64,000 nucleotides of DNA. Source: Gekko japonicus (Eukaryota). The stretch is from the NCBI RefSeq assembly GCF_001447785.1, contig NW_015164247.1, positions 30,600 through 94,599 of the forward strand, written 5' to 3'. A program made the position numbers and the translations under genes. Below, one piece after another: positions 11,101 to 23,100 of the stretch. Position 1 is the stretch's first letter. Each line of letters begins with the position of its first letter. The notes beneath the pieces are model-generated. The model was not told the DNA's origin. It searched no databases and saw only the letters and a list, made by a program, of their open reading frames with translations.

Positions 11101-14100
11101 TTACATTAGGCACATTCTTTTACCTGTACTATAGTCTCCTCAGTGAGAAAATGTTTGCAATTCATAGGGGCTCTGGAAATTGGCACCAAAATATTCCAAA
11201 TTCTTTGAACACAAAATATAAATTTAGCAATGTGAATATACATGAGAACTTGGATTCTTGTATAATTTGTTGTGCATAAGACCAAGAGTCCAGTAGCACC
11301 TTAAAGACTAACAAAATTTGTTGTAGGGTATGGGCTTTTGCGAGTCACTGCTCACTTCTTCAGATACAGCTAGAATGGGAGTCCATCTGTCCTATATATT
11401 AGAAAGTGGAGTGATTTCAGAGGCCAAGTGACATTGGCAGGCAAATGACAATAGCAGGTGAATGACAATGGTAGGCGTGATTTAATTAGGTATGATATGC
11501 AGAGAGATAGTAGGTGTGGAGAAATCAACAGTTTCTCCACACCTACTACCCCTCTGCATACCACACCTAATCCAATCATCTAGCATCTGAAATCACTCTG
11601 CTTTCCAATATATAGGACAGAGTGACTCTCAAAAACTTGTACCCTGCTGCAACTTTTGTTAGTCTTGAAGGTGCTTCCTGGACTCTTTTTTATTCTGCTA
11701 CAGCCAGACAAACATAGCTACCCATCTTGTTGCGCATAGTATTTTTAGAATATGTGGAAATCGTTGATTGAAAATTATTGGAAATTGAGTAGGCCTGGGC
11801 CTTCAAGGAGAAAGGAAACTGATGACAAAGAGATGCAGACAGGGGGATTTGTATAGAATGATAGACTGAAGAAATCCCAGTTGCTGACTCTTTACTGTGC
11901 AGTCTCTAGTTCTTATGCCATTGATACAGAACAAAAAGCCAGTGGGAACAAAGCCACTGCTATGGGAATAGCACTTAACTGGGACTAAAGGTTGGATCCA
12001 GCAGTAATTTTCAGTGACAGAAATTACTTCCCCTGCCCTAGTATGGCACAGAACACTTTCCAGAATGCTGCTCCTGGGACATAGGAACAGTAGAGGCAAT
12101 GAGTCAGAGATATCAGCATTGAAGAAGAGAATTGGTGAAACACGTCCTTCCATAAGAAATTAGCACTGGATCCAACTCTTAATGTCGGTTTTAGTAGGGT
12201 TTACATGTACCTAACTCATGCTGCATAGCATTTTTAGGGTTTTCTATGTAAGAATAAAGATTCAGATTCAGAAACCTTTAATGGCATAAAATGTAATAAG
12301 ATTTTTATTGGAATATTGTTTGTAAATTCATTTGGTAACTACATAGGTTTGTTTTAATGGATATGAAATAGCTCAGTTAATTGTGACAGTTCAAATTTTC
12401 TTATTTCATCTTAGACATTTAGTGGATAGTGGAATCATTATACTGTGATTTGGATCGTAGTAACAGTGTGGTTTACTGTGTGGTGTATTTTTAAACTATC
12501 TTTTAAAGAATGGTGTTAAAAGAGGTACTCAGACTTCCTGAAATGAAGTCTGTTGCTAAACAAAAACATCTGAACTAGTAAAATATTATGGTACTGGAAT
12601 GTATTTTTTGCTTACAGAGACTTGGATTACTGTGCAATCAACCTTAGTACTTGACATTAATAAAATGGCAACTTTTCAGGCTCGTGGTCCTGTGTGACGT
12701 CGTGTTGGGGTCTCCGACTATCAGTTTTTCTTTTTTCAGGGCATCCGAGTCAGAGCATTAATCCTGATCAACCCTCACAATCCATTAGGGGACATTTACC
12801 CAGCACAGTTACTGAAAGAATGTCTAGAGTTTGCGCACAGGTTTGAGTCCTAGCGCTATTTGTTTGGGCTTGTAATTTTCCATGATGCAGAATGTTAGTT
12901 ATAAAACTGATTTTGATAATCTCCTTATTTCATTTGGCATATGGTCCTCCAAGAATTAATGTTTAAAATATCTTTGTTGTAATTAAACGTTGCATGGTCA
13001 TTGGTAGGGAAAAATATTAAGATTTCTTAAACCGGCAGTCTGTTTTGTAAAATGTAAAACCTACAGTTCCTATTTTGTGCGATGTTAAATAACAGAGTTC
13101 TTTAATCTGGATATCTTGATAATTTAATATTTAAAGCCTATGTCATAAAAATGAAAATAGGTGATTACCAAATAGATAGATGCCTTGATTTGAAAATATA
13201 GCCTTGTACAAGTTTATGGCGTGTGTTTATAAAATGAGGCTGATGATCAGGAGATCTAATTATGCCAACCAACCTGTAGAGGTCTAGCAGTGCAACCCTG
13301 AGTAGAATTACTCTAAGCCCACTGATCTAGGGCTCTTCTGCATCCTCATTTTCTTTGTTTGTTTGGGAGGGGGAGTTCTTTTCCAGATGTCTTTTGCTCC
13401 CTCTGGTGGTCGATTTGATATTACATTGTTATATGTCCAATGTATTACAAGCAATAGGGACACACAAGCGCAGAAAATGAGAATGCAGAAGAGCCGTTAA
13501 GACTGGAGTAGATCTGCCTAGGATTGTATAGTAAATGGTACCCAAATTAATCTTCCTCAGAAGAACTTTCATATTTTCTTGTTATTTCTCTAAGGGTCAC
13601 ATTCTAAGATCTAATTTTATTCTGCTATGGATTCTTGCTTAGTCAGGAAAACATTGATTTCACATGTAGTTTTGTCTAAGTAAGAATGCAAGGATTTGGA
13701 TATGTACTTAATGACTAATCTAATGGAAATAGGATAGCATTTTTAAATATATATATATATAATAAATGGATACATTTTAAATTTTGGAGACTACTAGATA
13801 TAATGGCTACCATTATAATAATTATCATCATGTGTGTGAAACCTCAAAGGGTAATATTCTTCCCTCCCACTCCAGGATGACCCTGAAGACTTGAGGCTGT
13901 AGTCTGCCTCTGTCATTTTATGTACTTTGAACTTTTTCATTTTTGGAAAAAGATTATTGATACCTTTGTGTCTTTCATACATACTTTGGCCTGCTAAAAT
14001 TATTTTAGAAGAGCACAGTTTGGTGTGTACTTTGTGGCTTTTACTTTGTGGCTGCTGTAAAATAAGTGCATGGTGATTTTTCAAGCACTATCTGGCTTGC

Positions 14101-17100
14101 ACAATATTGTGTAAAACTTACAAGTACTTGGTTTTAACTTGGTTATAGTACGGCTAAAATAGGGAATTCAAAAATACATTATTTGCTTAACAGAGAACTT
14201 TAGGTGTATAGAAGATCTTTGCTGAGAAGAGTAACTTGATTTAAAAACAAGCTTATTAACCAGTTTGTACTTGTATCTTTAAGTACGATATAGCTAACTT
14301 GGATGAGCATAGAAGGAAATATACGGGCTTATAAATGATTTGCTAAGGTGCAGTTGCAATAATGCAATTTTAATTACACCCACTGAAATAATTTTTGTGT
14401 TTCTTATGTATATAGATATCAATTACACATAATAATGGATGAGATTTACATGCTGTCCGTATATGGTGATACCACCTTCACAAGCATCCTTAGTTTAGAT
14501 AGGTAAGTTAACATTTCTGGTCTTGTAAAAACCAATGTGTGTCATTTGGGCTTTCTAAATGGACAATCTGATAAATATTCCTGTTTGTTTGACTTTATGC
14601 AAAAATAGTCTGTACTTTAGCTGCCTCCATAAATCATACTTCAAAACAATGACTGCAGATACAGAAACAGTAGATTACTGGAAAACTGCTGTTGCTTTGT
14701 AGCTAACTCTTTAATTCATTTATTTTCAGTCCCATGAAATGGACTGCTTCACGTTTCTGAAATCATACGCAAAGTACAATGGCTGTAACTCTGCTCCCTC
14801 TGCATACCCAGGGGCTCTTCATTGGGTAGCTTGCTTTACTGCTTTACACACAGCTGTGTTACATCATGGCAGGTCATTCAGTGAAAAGTCAAAGTGCTTT
14901 AATGCCTTCCCTGGAAATGTCTAATAACATTGTCTTCCCTGAGCTCTTGTGAATGCCAACAGTTACTTTCCAGGTAGCCTACATTTTGAGATGTATATGT
15001 GTGCTTGAGAATGAATGGATCACTGGAAAATTCAGGGTGAGGCATAAGTTTTTCACTGAATGTCTTGCCAATAGTATATTTGGCATCACAGTTTACACCC
15101 CCTACAAGGGCAGAAGAGAATGGTAAGATTGTGCCAGAGCCATTCCACACCGTCTTCTGCATGCCAGAAGAGCTGGATTGTGGTCTGCATTCTTCATTTA
15201 AGACGTCACCAAATCTCTGATCTGAGCATGTCATGGTCAGGATATCGTGTGCAATGCAACCCAGTGTTGTTGTTTTTTATGGTGTAAACCATCTTGGAAA
15301 TTTTGAAAGATCTGTATGCATTTTATGAATGGACCAAGTAGTCTGTGACATACCTGTTCCCTCTGCATACATAGGGATCTGCAGAAACCTTTCTCAAAAT
15401 TGTTTGTGTTAGCAAAAACATTTAAACTTCTTCACTATCTAAACATAAAAGATTTTGTGTCAGTATTGTTATAATTCGAATGTCTGAAGATTTATACTAT
15501 GACTGTAGTATCCTTGAGTGCATTGCATGGTGCAGTTGTTTCAGTGGATAGTACAGTTTGGTGCAGATGCTTGTATGTGCATTGGACTCCTATGCCTGCA
15601 GCAGATCTTGCTGGATTAGAATAAAATTCCTTCCAAAAACTACTTTTCTTTATGTCTGAAGACTAATATTTATTCCTATAAAACATTAATTTTCTGAAAC
15701 AATCTTTTCTTAAGTTTACCAGATCCTGACCGGACACATTTTATGTGGGGATTTAGCAAGGTAGGTTTGGAACATTTATTTATATTGCTTCAAAATGTAA
15801 TTGATGTTTCAAATTGTTAATTGTCACATGTCCCCTCCCCCATGTACTGCTTTTTTCTGTAGGAGGTTTTGTAACATCTTAGAACTAGTAGCATAATTAT
15901 GGGCAGTGTTGCCTCTAAGCTGAGTTAATGTGAGCTAGCTCACAGTTTTTTAGCCTCCGGCTCACACATTTTTGTCTTCGCTCAGGAAGGATGGCTCCAG
16001 AGCAAACTAATTTATGCAGTAGCCAAGTTGCTTGCTCACAACTTTAATGTCAGTAGCTCACAAAGTAGAGTTTTTGTTCACAAGACTCCACAGCTTAGAG
16101 GGAACATTGATTATGGGTTGGAAAACTTAGCCCCTACTGCGTCTGCATCACAAGCCAAGCCACTGGTGTGATAGCATATTCTGTTTTTCAGGTGCTTGAT
16201 GGAAACTGATGTTACAGTTAAGCAGTTTTAATGTGTCATGGGTGAAAGCATCTTTAAAGAATGCAGGAAGAACAGCTCACAATATTTGTGCACCAATTTC
16301 TAGATACAGTTCTGTAAAATACCATCTAATTTGGAACATAATTTTGAAAACTGTGTTTCATAGCTAGTCTCTATGACCTCTTCAGTCATGACACAGTTTT
16401 TCTTCACCTTCATTTCTTGAAAGAACAGTGGGTTATATGCAGTGTCTATATTCTGCTGATGGAGGAAGAGGTTCTTTGACTGGTGGATCAGACTTGTTAG
16501 ATACAGCCATTGAAATTGAGCCTGAAGATTGCTGTTGATGTCTGACTTCAGTGATGCATAGCATCTTTTCCCTTTGGCTGATAGTATATAAGTATATTTA
16601 AGCACTCCTGCTTTGTAAGTTTATTTATGAACCACTTTGTTTTTGATGCTTTATGATCAAATTCCAAATGACGTCTTTAAGGTGAAAATAACATTAAAAG
16701 CCAAAAATGTATACAAAAACATACAAGGGAAAAATAAAGTATAATAAATAGCTCATTTACAGGAGCTAAACTCTTAAATCTGGCAATATAATGTGGTAAT
16801 GAATTCAGCTGTTATGACTGAAAGGTGATCTATAAATAGTTTGTGAATAAATTGGTTAACATAAAATAAATGATTCCAAAGTATGCACTCTAATTTAAAA
16901 AGCATAAATGCTTTGATAAATCAGGATAGAGTTCTCCTTGTCCAGCATCCTATATGTATAATTCCCTTATGTATTGGCCATTTCCAGCTCTCCCGTTGGC
17001 TGTGCAGTGTGCTCCATCAACCATTGGCCCATGAACCGCCACTCGAGTACTCGCATGCTGTTTGGCCCATCAACCACCACTCAAGAGTGTGCTGGGTCCG

Positions 17101-20100
17101 CTCCTCTCCCCCACCTACTGCCAGCCCAGACACTCTCCCCTGACAGAATAAACTGCCAAAATGGCTGTCTGTCCTGACAAAGACACTTCTCCTGCTTGGA
17201 TCCTGTGGGACTAACTTTTCCCTCAGTGGCTGTTGCGAGGCAACTAAGTTTGGTTCTGCCAGTAAAAAGGCAAAGGCCTTTGTGGGGAACTCATTGGGGC
17301 CAGTCCTGACTAGGGTTGCCAGCTCCAACTTGGAAAGTTCCTTGATATTCTGTGGTGGAATCTAAGGAAGCCAGAGTTTGGGGAGGGGAACCATAGACTC
17401 CACCCTCCAAACCAGCTATTTCTTCCTGGGGGGCTATTGCTGCCAATCTCCAGGTGAGAGCTGGAGATCACTCAGAATTAAAACTGCTCTCCAGATGGCA
17501 GAGATGAAGAAAATGATGGGCTGTGTGTCATACCCTGCTGCGGTTGCCTCCCCAAGACAGCCAATGTGACATAGTGCTTCAGAGCAGGGTCTTCCAGACC
17601 CAGGTTCTTCCTGTGGAAGCTGATTGGGTGATTTCAGACCACTCACAGACTTTCAGGGTAACCTACCTCACAGAATTATGTGAGCTGCTTTCATCCCCAC
17701 TGTGGAGAAAGACTGTACTTTTCCTAGGTTACAGGGAGGGGGGAAGAGATGGAAACCTGAAGTCAGAGGGGTAGATAACAGTATGTTGATGGTTGGCTGG
17801 GAAGGAAATAGGATTGCCAACTCTGGATTGGGAAATTCCTGGAGATTTGAGGGGTGGAGCCTGGAGAGGGTGGGATTTGAGGAGGAGTGAGACCTCAGAC
17901 AGGTACAATGCCATAGCCTCTACCCTCCAAACCAGCCATTTCGTCCTGGGGAACCATTGTTTCCAATCTCCAGGGGAGGACTGGAGATCACCCAGAATTA
18001 CAACTGCTCTTTGAATGGCAGAGATCAGTTCCTGTGGAGAAAACAGTAAACTCTGTGTCATTATGCCCTGCTGAGGTCACCACAGCAAATTGACGCTTAA
18101 TGCCCAAGGCCAGGGCACCCACCCAGAGCCTTTTTCTAGATCTTGTTGTATTTATTTCCACAACGGCCTTATTCCTAGTTATTTAGAAGAATCCCAGCAG
18201 TCACTGGTAATGGACATTCTGCACAGCTCTGGTTGGGGCATGACCTGGGTTCAGTTCAGACACCATTAAAAATACAGCTAGTGTGATTGTCTAAATGTAG
18301 GGCACTCCACTAACCATGGTTGGTTAGAGCTTATCAGGTCAGGATCTCAAATGATACTTTTAAATTAGTTTATTAACCACAGTTAATTGTGCTGATGTGG
18401 GTAGGACCTGAAGAAATGTGCACCTTCCTGTCCATGCTTTGACTGTGATCTTTCTGAAAAGATGATGCCAAACCAGGTTAGGGAAATATTTCAGCAAAAT
18501 GGAGAAAAACATGGAAAGTGGATGATAATGTGTGGGTGCTGCAAGTTAACTGGAGCAACTCTTCCATGTGGAAGCAACCAAAGGCTCTGTTCACATTGTA
18601 AATTGCTTATCTGTAGCATCCAGCAGCATATCGAATTAGACGCAGAGTATCTGTTCTACTATCCTGAATGCAGGAGGATAGAGAGAACATAATGGTTTAT
18701 GTTACTACATGGCCTGTCACTACAAACAGTTGGGCTCCACTGTGGGTGCAGTTTCCACATACTGAGGCTCCTATCTGAGACTAGATTTAGGGGAACAGCA
18801 GAAGTCTCCAAACTAAGATTTCTAGTCTTAATAAGCACTAACTTACGAAAATACTTTGGGAAAAGACTTCACATTTCCTTGCTTTAGTTAATGTCCTTTT
18901 TTAAAAATGATTTTTGTATATGGCCAGGGACCAGCATACCTGCAGTACCGCCTTTCCCCATATATACCCCAGAGAGCACTTCGGTCAGGTTCTCAAAAGT
19001 GATTGCCCTCCCTGGCCCTAAGGAGGCCAGACTGGCTATTGCCAGGGCCAGGGCTTTCCCAGTGGCAGCCCCATCCTGGTGGAACGAGCTCCCGGAGGAG
19101 ATCAGGGCCCTGCGAGACTTTTTGCAGTTCCGCAGGGCCTGCAAGACGGATCTCTTCTGCCAGGCTTTTAGTTAGGGAGCCGCTACTATTATAGAGCCCT
19201 GGCTCTTGGTCCTTAACATATTGGAATCTAACATCTAACCTGTGCCTCAGGGAGATCCAGAGCAGAATTACCTTCAGAGAGTTAAGCCATCTTGGATAAT
19301 CAATTGCAGCACTTTATGTAACAGTAATATCAATGGAATTGTTTTTAACTGTATTTATGTATTGTGAGCCGCCCTGAGCCTGCGTTGCGGGGAGGGTGGG
19401 GTACAAATTTGAATAATAAATAAATAATAAATAAATTGTAAAGCACTAAGATGTTTGCTTGAAAACTAAGAAATCCCATCTCCATGATCAGAATCAGAAA
19501 TACACTAGAAATTGATTTTCCTTCACATTAATTGTGAATAATACAAATATATAAATATATTTTGCATATTAATATTTTAATTAAAATTAATCTTCTCTTC
19601 TTCTTTGCTCTTGTCCTCCCCCCCCCCCCAAAAAAAAAAGGATTTTGGCATGTGTGGTGTCAGAGTTGGCATATTATATACCAGAAATGATGAAGTCAGG
19701 AAAGCTGTTAATAAGCTGGCAGTTTTTCATGCATGTCCTGGACCAGTGCAACATGTTCTCAGCCAGTTTCTTAGTGACCGAGGTTAGTAAATCTAAGGAC
19801 ACCATGGTACTGTTTATATCTAATTCTCATGTGTTATGCATAAGTCTAAGATTGCATTCGGACATTACAGTAAGCTGCAATTAAGCTGAATGAATGAATC
19901 TGACTTGTTTCTGAATCTGTATACAGGACTTACTTCTTCTCTTACCCTCTTCTTTTTGCATGACGTATCGTAGTTAGAAACTAACTCAGCTTACCTGTGA
20001 TATACAAATACAGGTGTATGGCTCAACCAGCAGGCTTGTATTAAAATCCTAGTTGGTGTAGGAACAGGGTTGCCAATTACAGGATGGGAAATTGCTGTGG

Positions 20101-23100
20101 ATTTAGGGTTGGAGCCTTGGGGAGGGTGGGGCTTCAGAGGAAAGGACCTCAGGAGGTCATAATGCCATAGATTCCACTCTCCAATGCAGCTGTTTTCTCC
20201 AGGGGAGCTGATCTCTAGAGGCTGGAGATTGGTTGTAATTCAGGACATCTCCAGGCCCCACCTGGAGGCTGTCAACCCTATGTAGTGAAACTAGTTTCAG
20301 TAACCCACATGGCTGCACTTGTGTATTGTGGATAACCACAATTAGTTTTTAAGCAGGATTCTCTGCGAGAAGGGAGGAGTAAGACCACCAGCATGCTGAG
20401 TTTGTGCATGTGTTGACTGACAACATCTGAATGTAGTCCAAGTTATGAGTTCCAGCCCTAAACATCAGGTGCATCTGAATTGCAGCTCAGGGTGACCCAG
20501 CCATTTCCTTCTTTGAGTGTAACCAACCCAGTGCCTTAGTCAAGTTGGAGTGAATGATTCATTAATACCCTGCTGTAATGTAAGAAGTATGGAACGTTGG
20601 GTGCAATTCACATCTCACTGAAGTCAGCACCTAAAAAGATAGGTTCACCATAGCTATTAGCGGTGATGACTTGATGGAACCTCTGTATTCAGAGGCTGTT
20701 CACAGGGACAGGCTTTGGCTTCTGTGCTCTGCTGTTAGGCCTTCTAGGGGCATCTTGTGGGTCACTGTGTGGGACAAAAACTAGGTTATATTGCCAATGG
20801 TTTCATTGAGCTCTTACAGCTGTACCTGAATAATACAATTTGTGTTCTTATTTTGACAGAATGGCTGGATAATGTGTTTTTCCCTACCAACAGAAGAAGG
20901 CTTAAGGAAGCTCGGAATATTCTTGTGGATGGTCTTGCAGAGATAGGAATACCTGTTTTTAAAAGCTCAGGAGGATTATACATCTGGGCTGACTTCAGAA
21001 AAGTATGTGAAAAAATCTGGAGATCAGGAAGGGTTGGCTGAAGGAAATAAGTACTGCTGGCTTTTTTTAAAATGCTGAACTTTAATAATATTTGGCATCT
21101 ATCTGTGCATATCAAGTGCTCAAAGTGCTTTATGTTCATCGTCTCAGTAATCCTTACAATGAGGCTGTGAGAACAGTGGCTTACTTGAAGCAGCCTAATG
21201 AGTTTGTAGGTGAAATGTGATTAAAAGTGTGGACTTCCTGGCTCACTCCTTTAGCCACTAGAGTGCATCAGGTGGTGGGTGGGAAATAGGCTGTTGTTCA
21301 GTGGATACTGGAAGCATATGTGCAGGTAGAATCTGATGTCCATTTTTTGTGCCTGGTGGTATTGGCTGAGACAACTTAGACTGGCTAGAGTTAAAGTTGT
21401 AATGTACTTAACCTAGTGGTAGGATTAAGAAAAAAACTGGGACAATTTTGCATCTGGTCCTGAAGAAATAGGTATTTTGTTTTTGAGCCATGCAGTAGGT
21501 CAATCTAGGCAAGCTCTAATGATTCTGGCCATGTTGATACTTTCAGAGAGGGTAAAGTGCTTTTCTGTTTTGATAATGTGGCTTTATATGGTGTTCTATT
21601 AATGTGTTATCCTTTGTTTTTCTTCTTAGTTCTTAAAGTCACAGACATTTGAAGCTGAAATGGATTTATGGTGGAAGCTTCTCCAAGAAAAGCTTCTTAT
21701 TAGTCCTGGGAAAGCCTTTTGCTGTTATGAACCTGGATGGTTTAGATTGGTCTTCTCTGATTCAGTAGATAAGATTTACTTGTGTAAGATTAAATTTTGA
21801 TATTTTTTTCACCCCCGCCTGCCCCCAGCATGATACAACCATTAATTTCAGGCTATCAGTATGTTCCATGTTGGGTCTGGAAAAAATTAAACTGACAAAA
21901 GCTTTTTTTATGATAATATATATCATCATCATAAAACAGTTCAATCCTATGCAGTTACTTCAAATTAAGCCCACTGAAATCAGTGGACTTAGACTGGAGT
22001 TAACTTGATGTATGATCACACCAATTTTCCTACATAGGCCCCAGTCACACGGGCCGGATAACGCGGGGGGGGAGGCGGGACTATTTGCGCCACTGCAATT
22101 AGAGCCGCCAGAACGTGATCCCACGCGTTGGCAGCATGCCACGGTTCCTTCCCTCCACGCCTGCGCATCGAGGTGCCGGAGGGAAAAGCCGTGCACCGGC
22201 AAGATCACACCGAGGGAGTCCAGAAGCAGCCTGTGGCAAACCGTTTGCTAGTACCTTCGAGGAGGTAGTTTTTTATTGCACATTTTCAGCGGTACGCCAC
22301 GGGTTGACCACGGGTGCGCTCCAATTGCCAGATGTTGCGGTGTGATCGCGCCCGGAAAATCTGCCATTCGATCATGGCTCTCCCGCAGCAAATTCAAAGG
22401 TTCACATTGCTTGATTATACTATTCTTACATTCTCTGAATTCTTATCTGGACATTGCACTAAAATAAGTCAACTGGGGCTGCGGTCACACGGAACATTAG
22501 CCACGTAAAAGAGACTGAAGACAGGCGGATTTTCCGGGCGCGATCTCACACGCACATCTTGGAAGCGTAGCGCTTATGTGGCACAACCAAGGCTTCCTGC
22601 CAAAAACACGCAGCAAAAAACTAGTACCTCGTTGGTACTAGTTTCCGGAAACCGCGGGGCAAGGGTGGGCGTCTGATCGCATTTCCGGTGGCATCCGGCG
22701 CCCGCCCATGTCCCCTTGCGGAAAAGGGTTTTTCCCCCCCCAAGTCTCCGTGGATGCGCACACGCACCCAACGAAGCATGCACATTCGTCGTGTACACAA
22801 AAAAAGAAAACCAGTTTGCCGCACCGCGCGCTTCTTTGTTGCGCGCAGGCGTGTCTTGTGATCGGCACCTCTCCCTACCCACAGAACCTCCACGGTACCT
22901 CCACAGAAGGTCTGATCGCTTAACGGCGCGTTAGTTTGCCCCGGGGCAAACAGCCATGCTTCCCCCCCGCAGTTTCCTGCCCATGTGACCGGAGCCTGGG
23001 AGGGCCAAAAGCTGATCCTTGTTCTTAAGGTCTTCAGGAAGGCAAAATTCCAACTGGCATGTAAATATGTGAAAGCTGTCATCTGTATAACTGTTTCTTC

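Noticed and set aside
16960-17230. GC-richer segment with short internal repeats, possible processed pseudogene
   Set aside because: No recognisable protein in the frames examined, and no poly-A or TSD; probably a repeat fragment.
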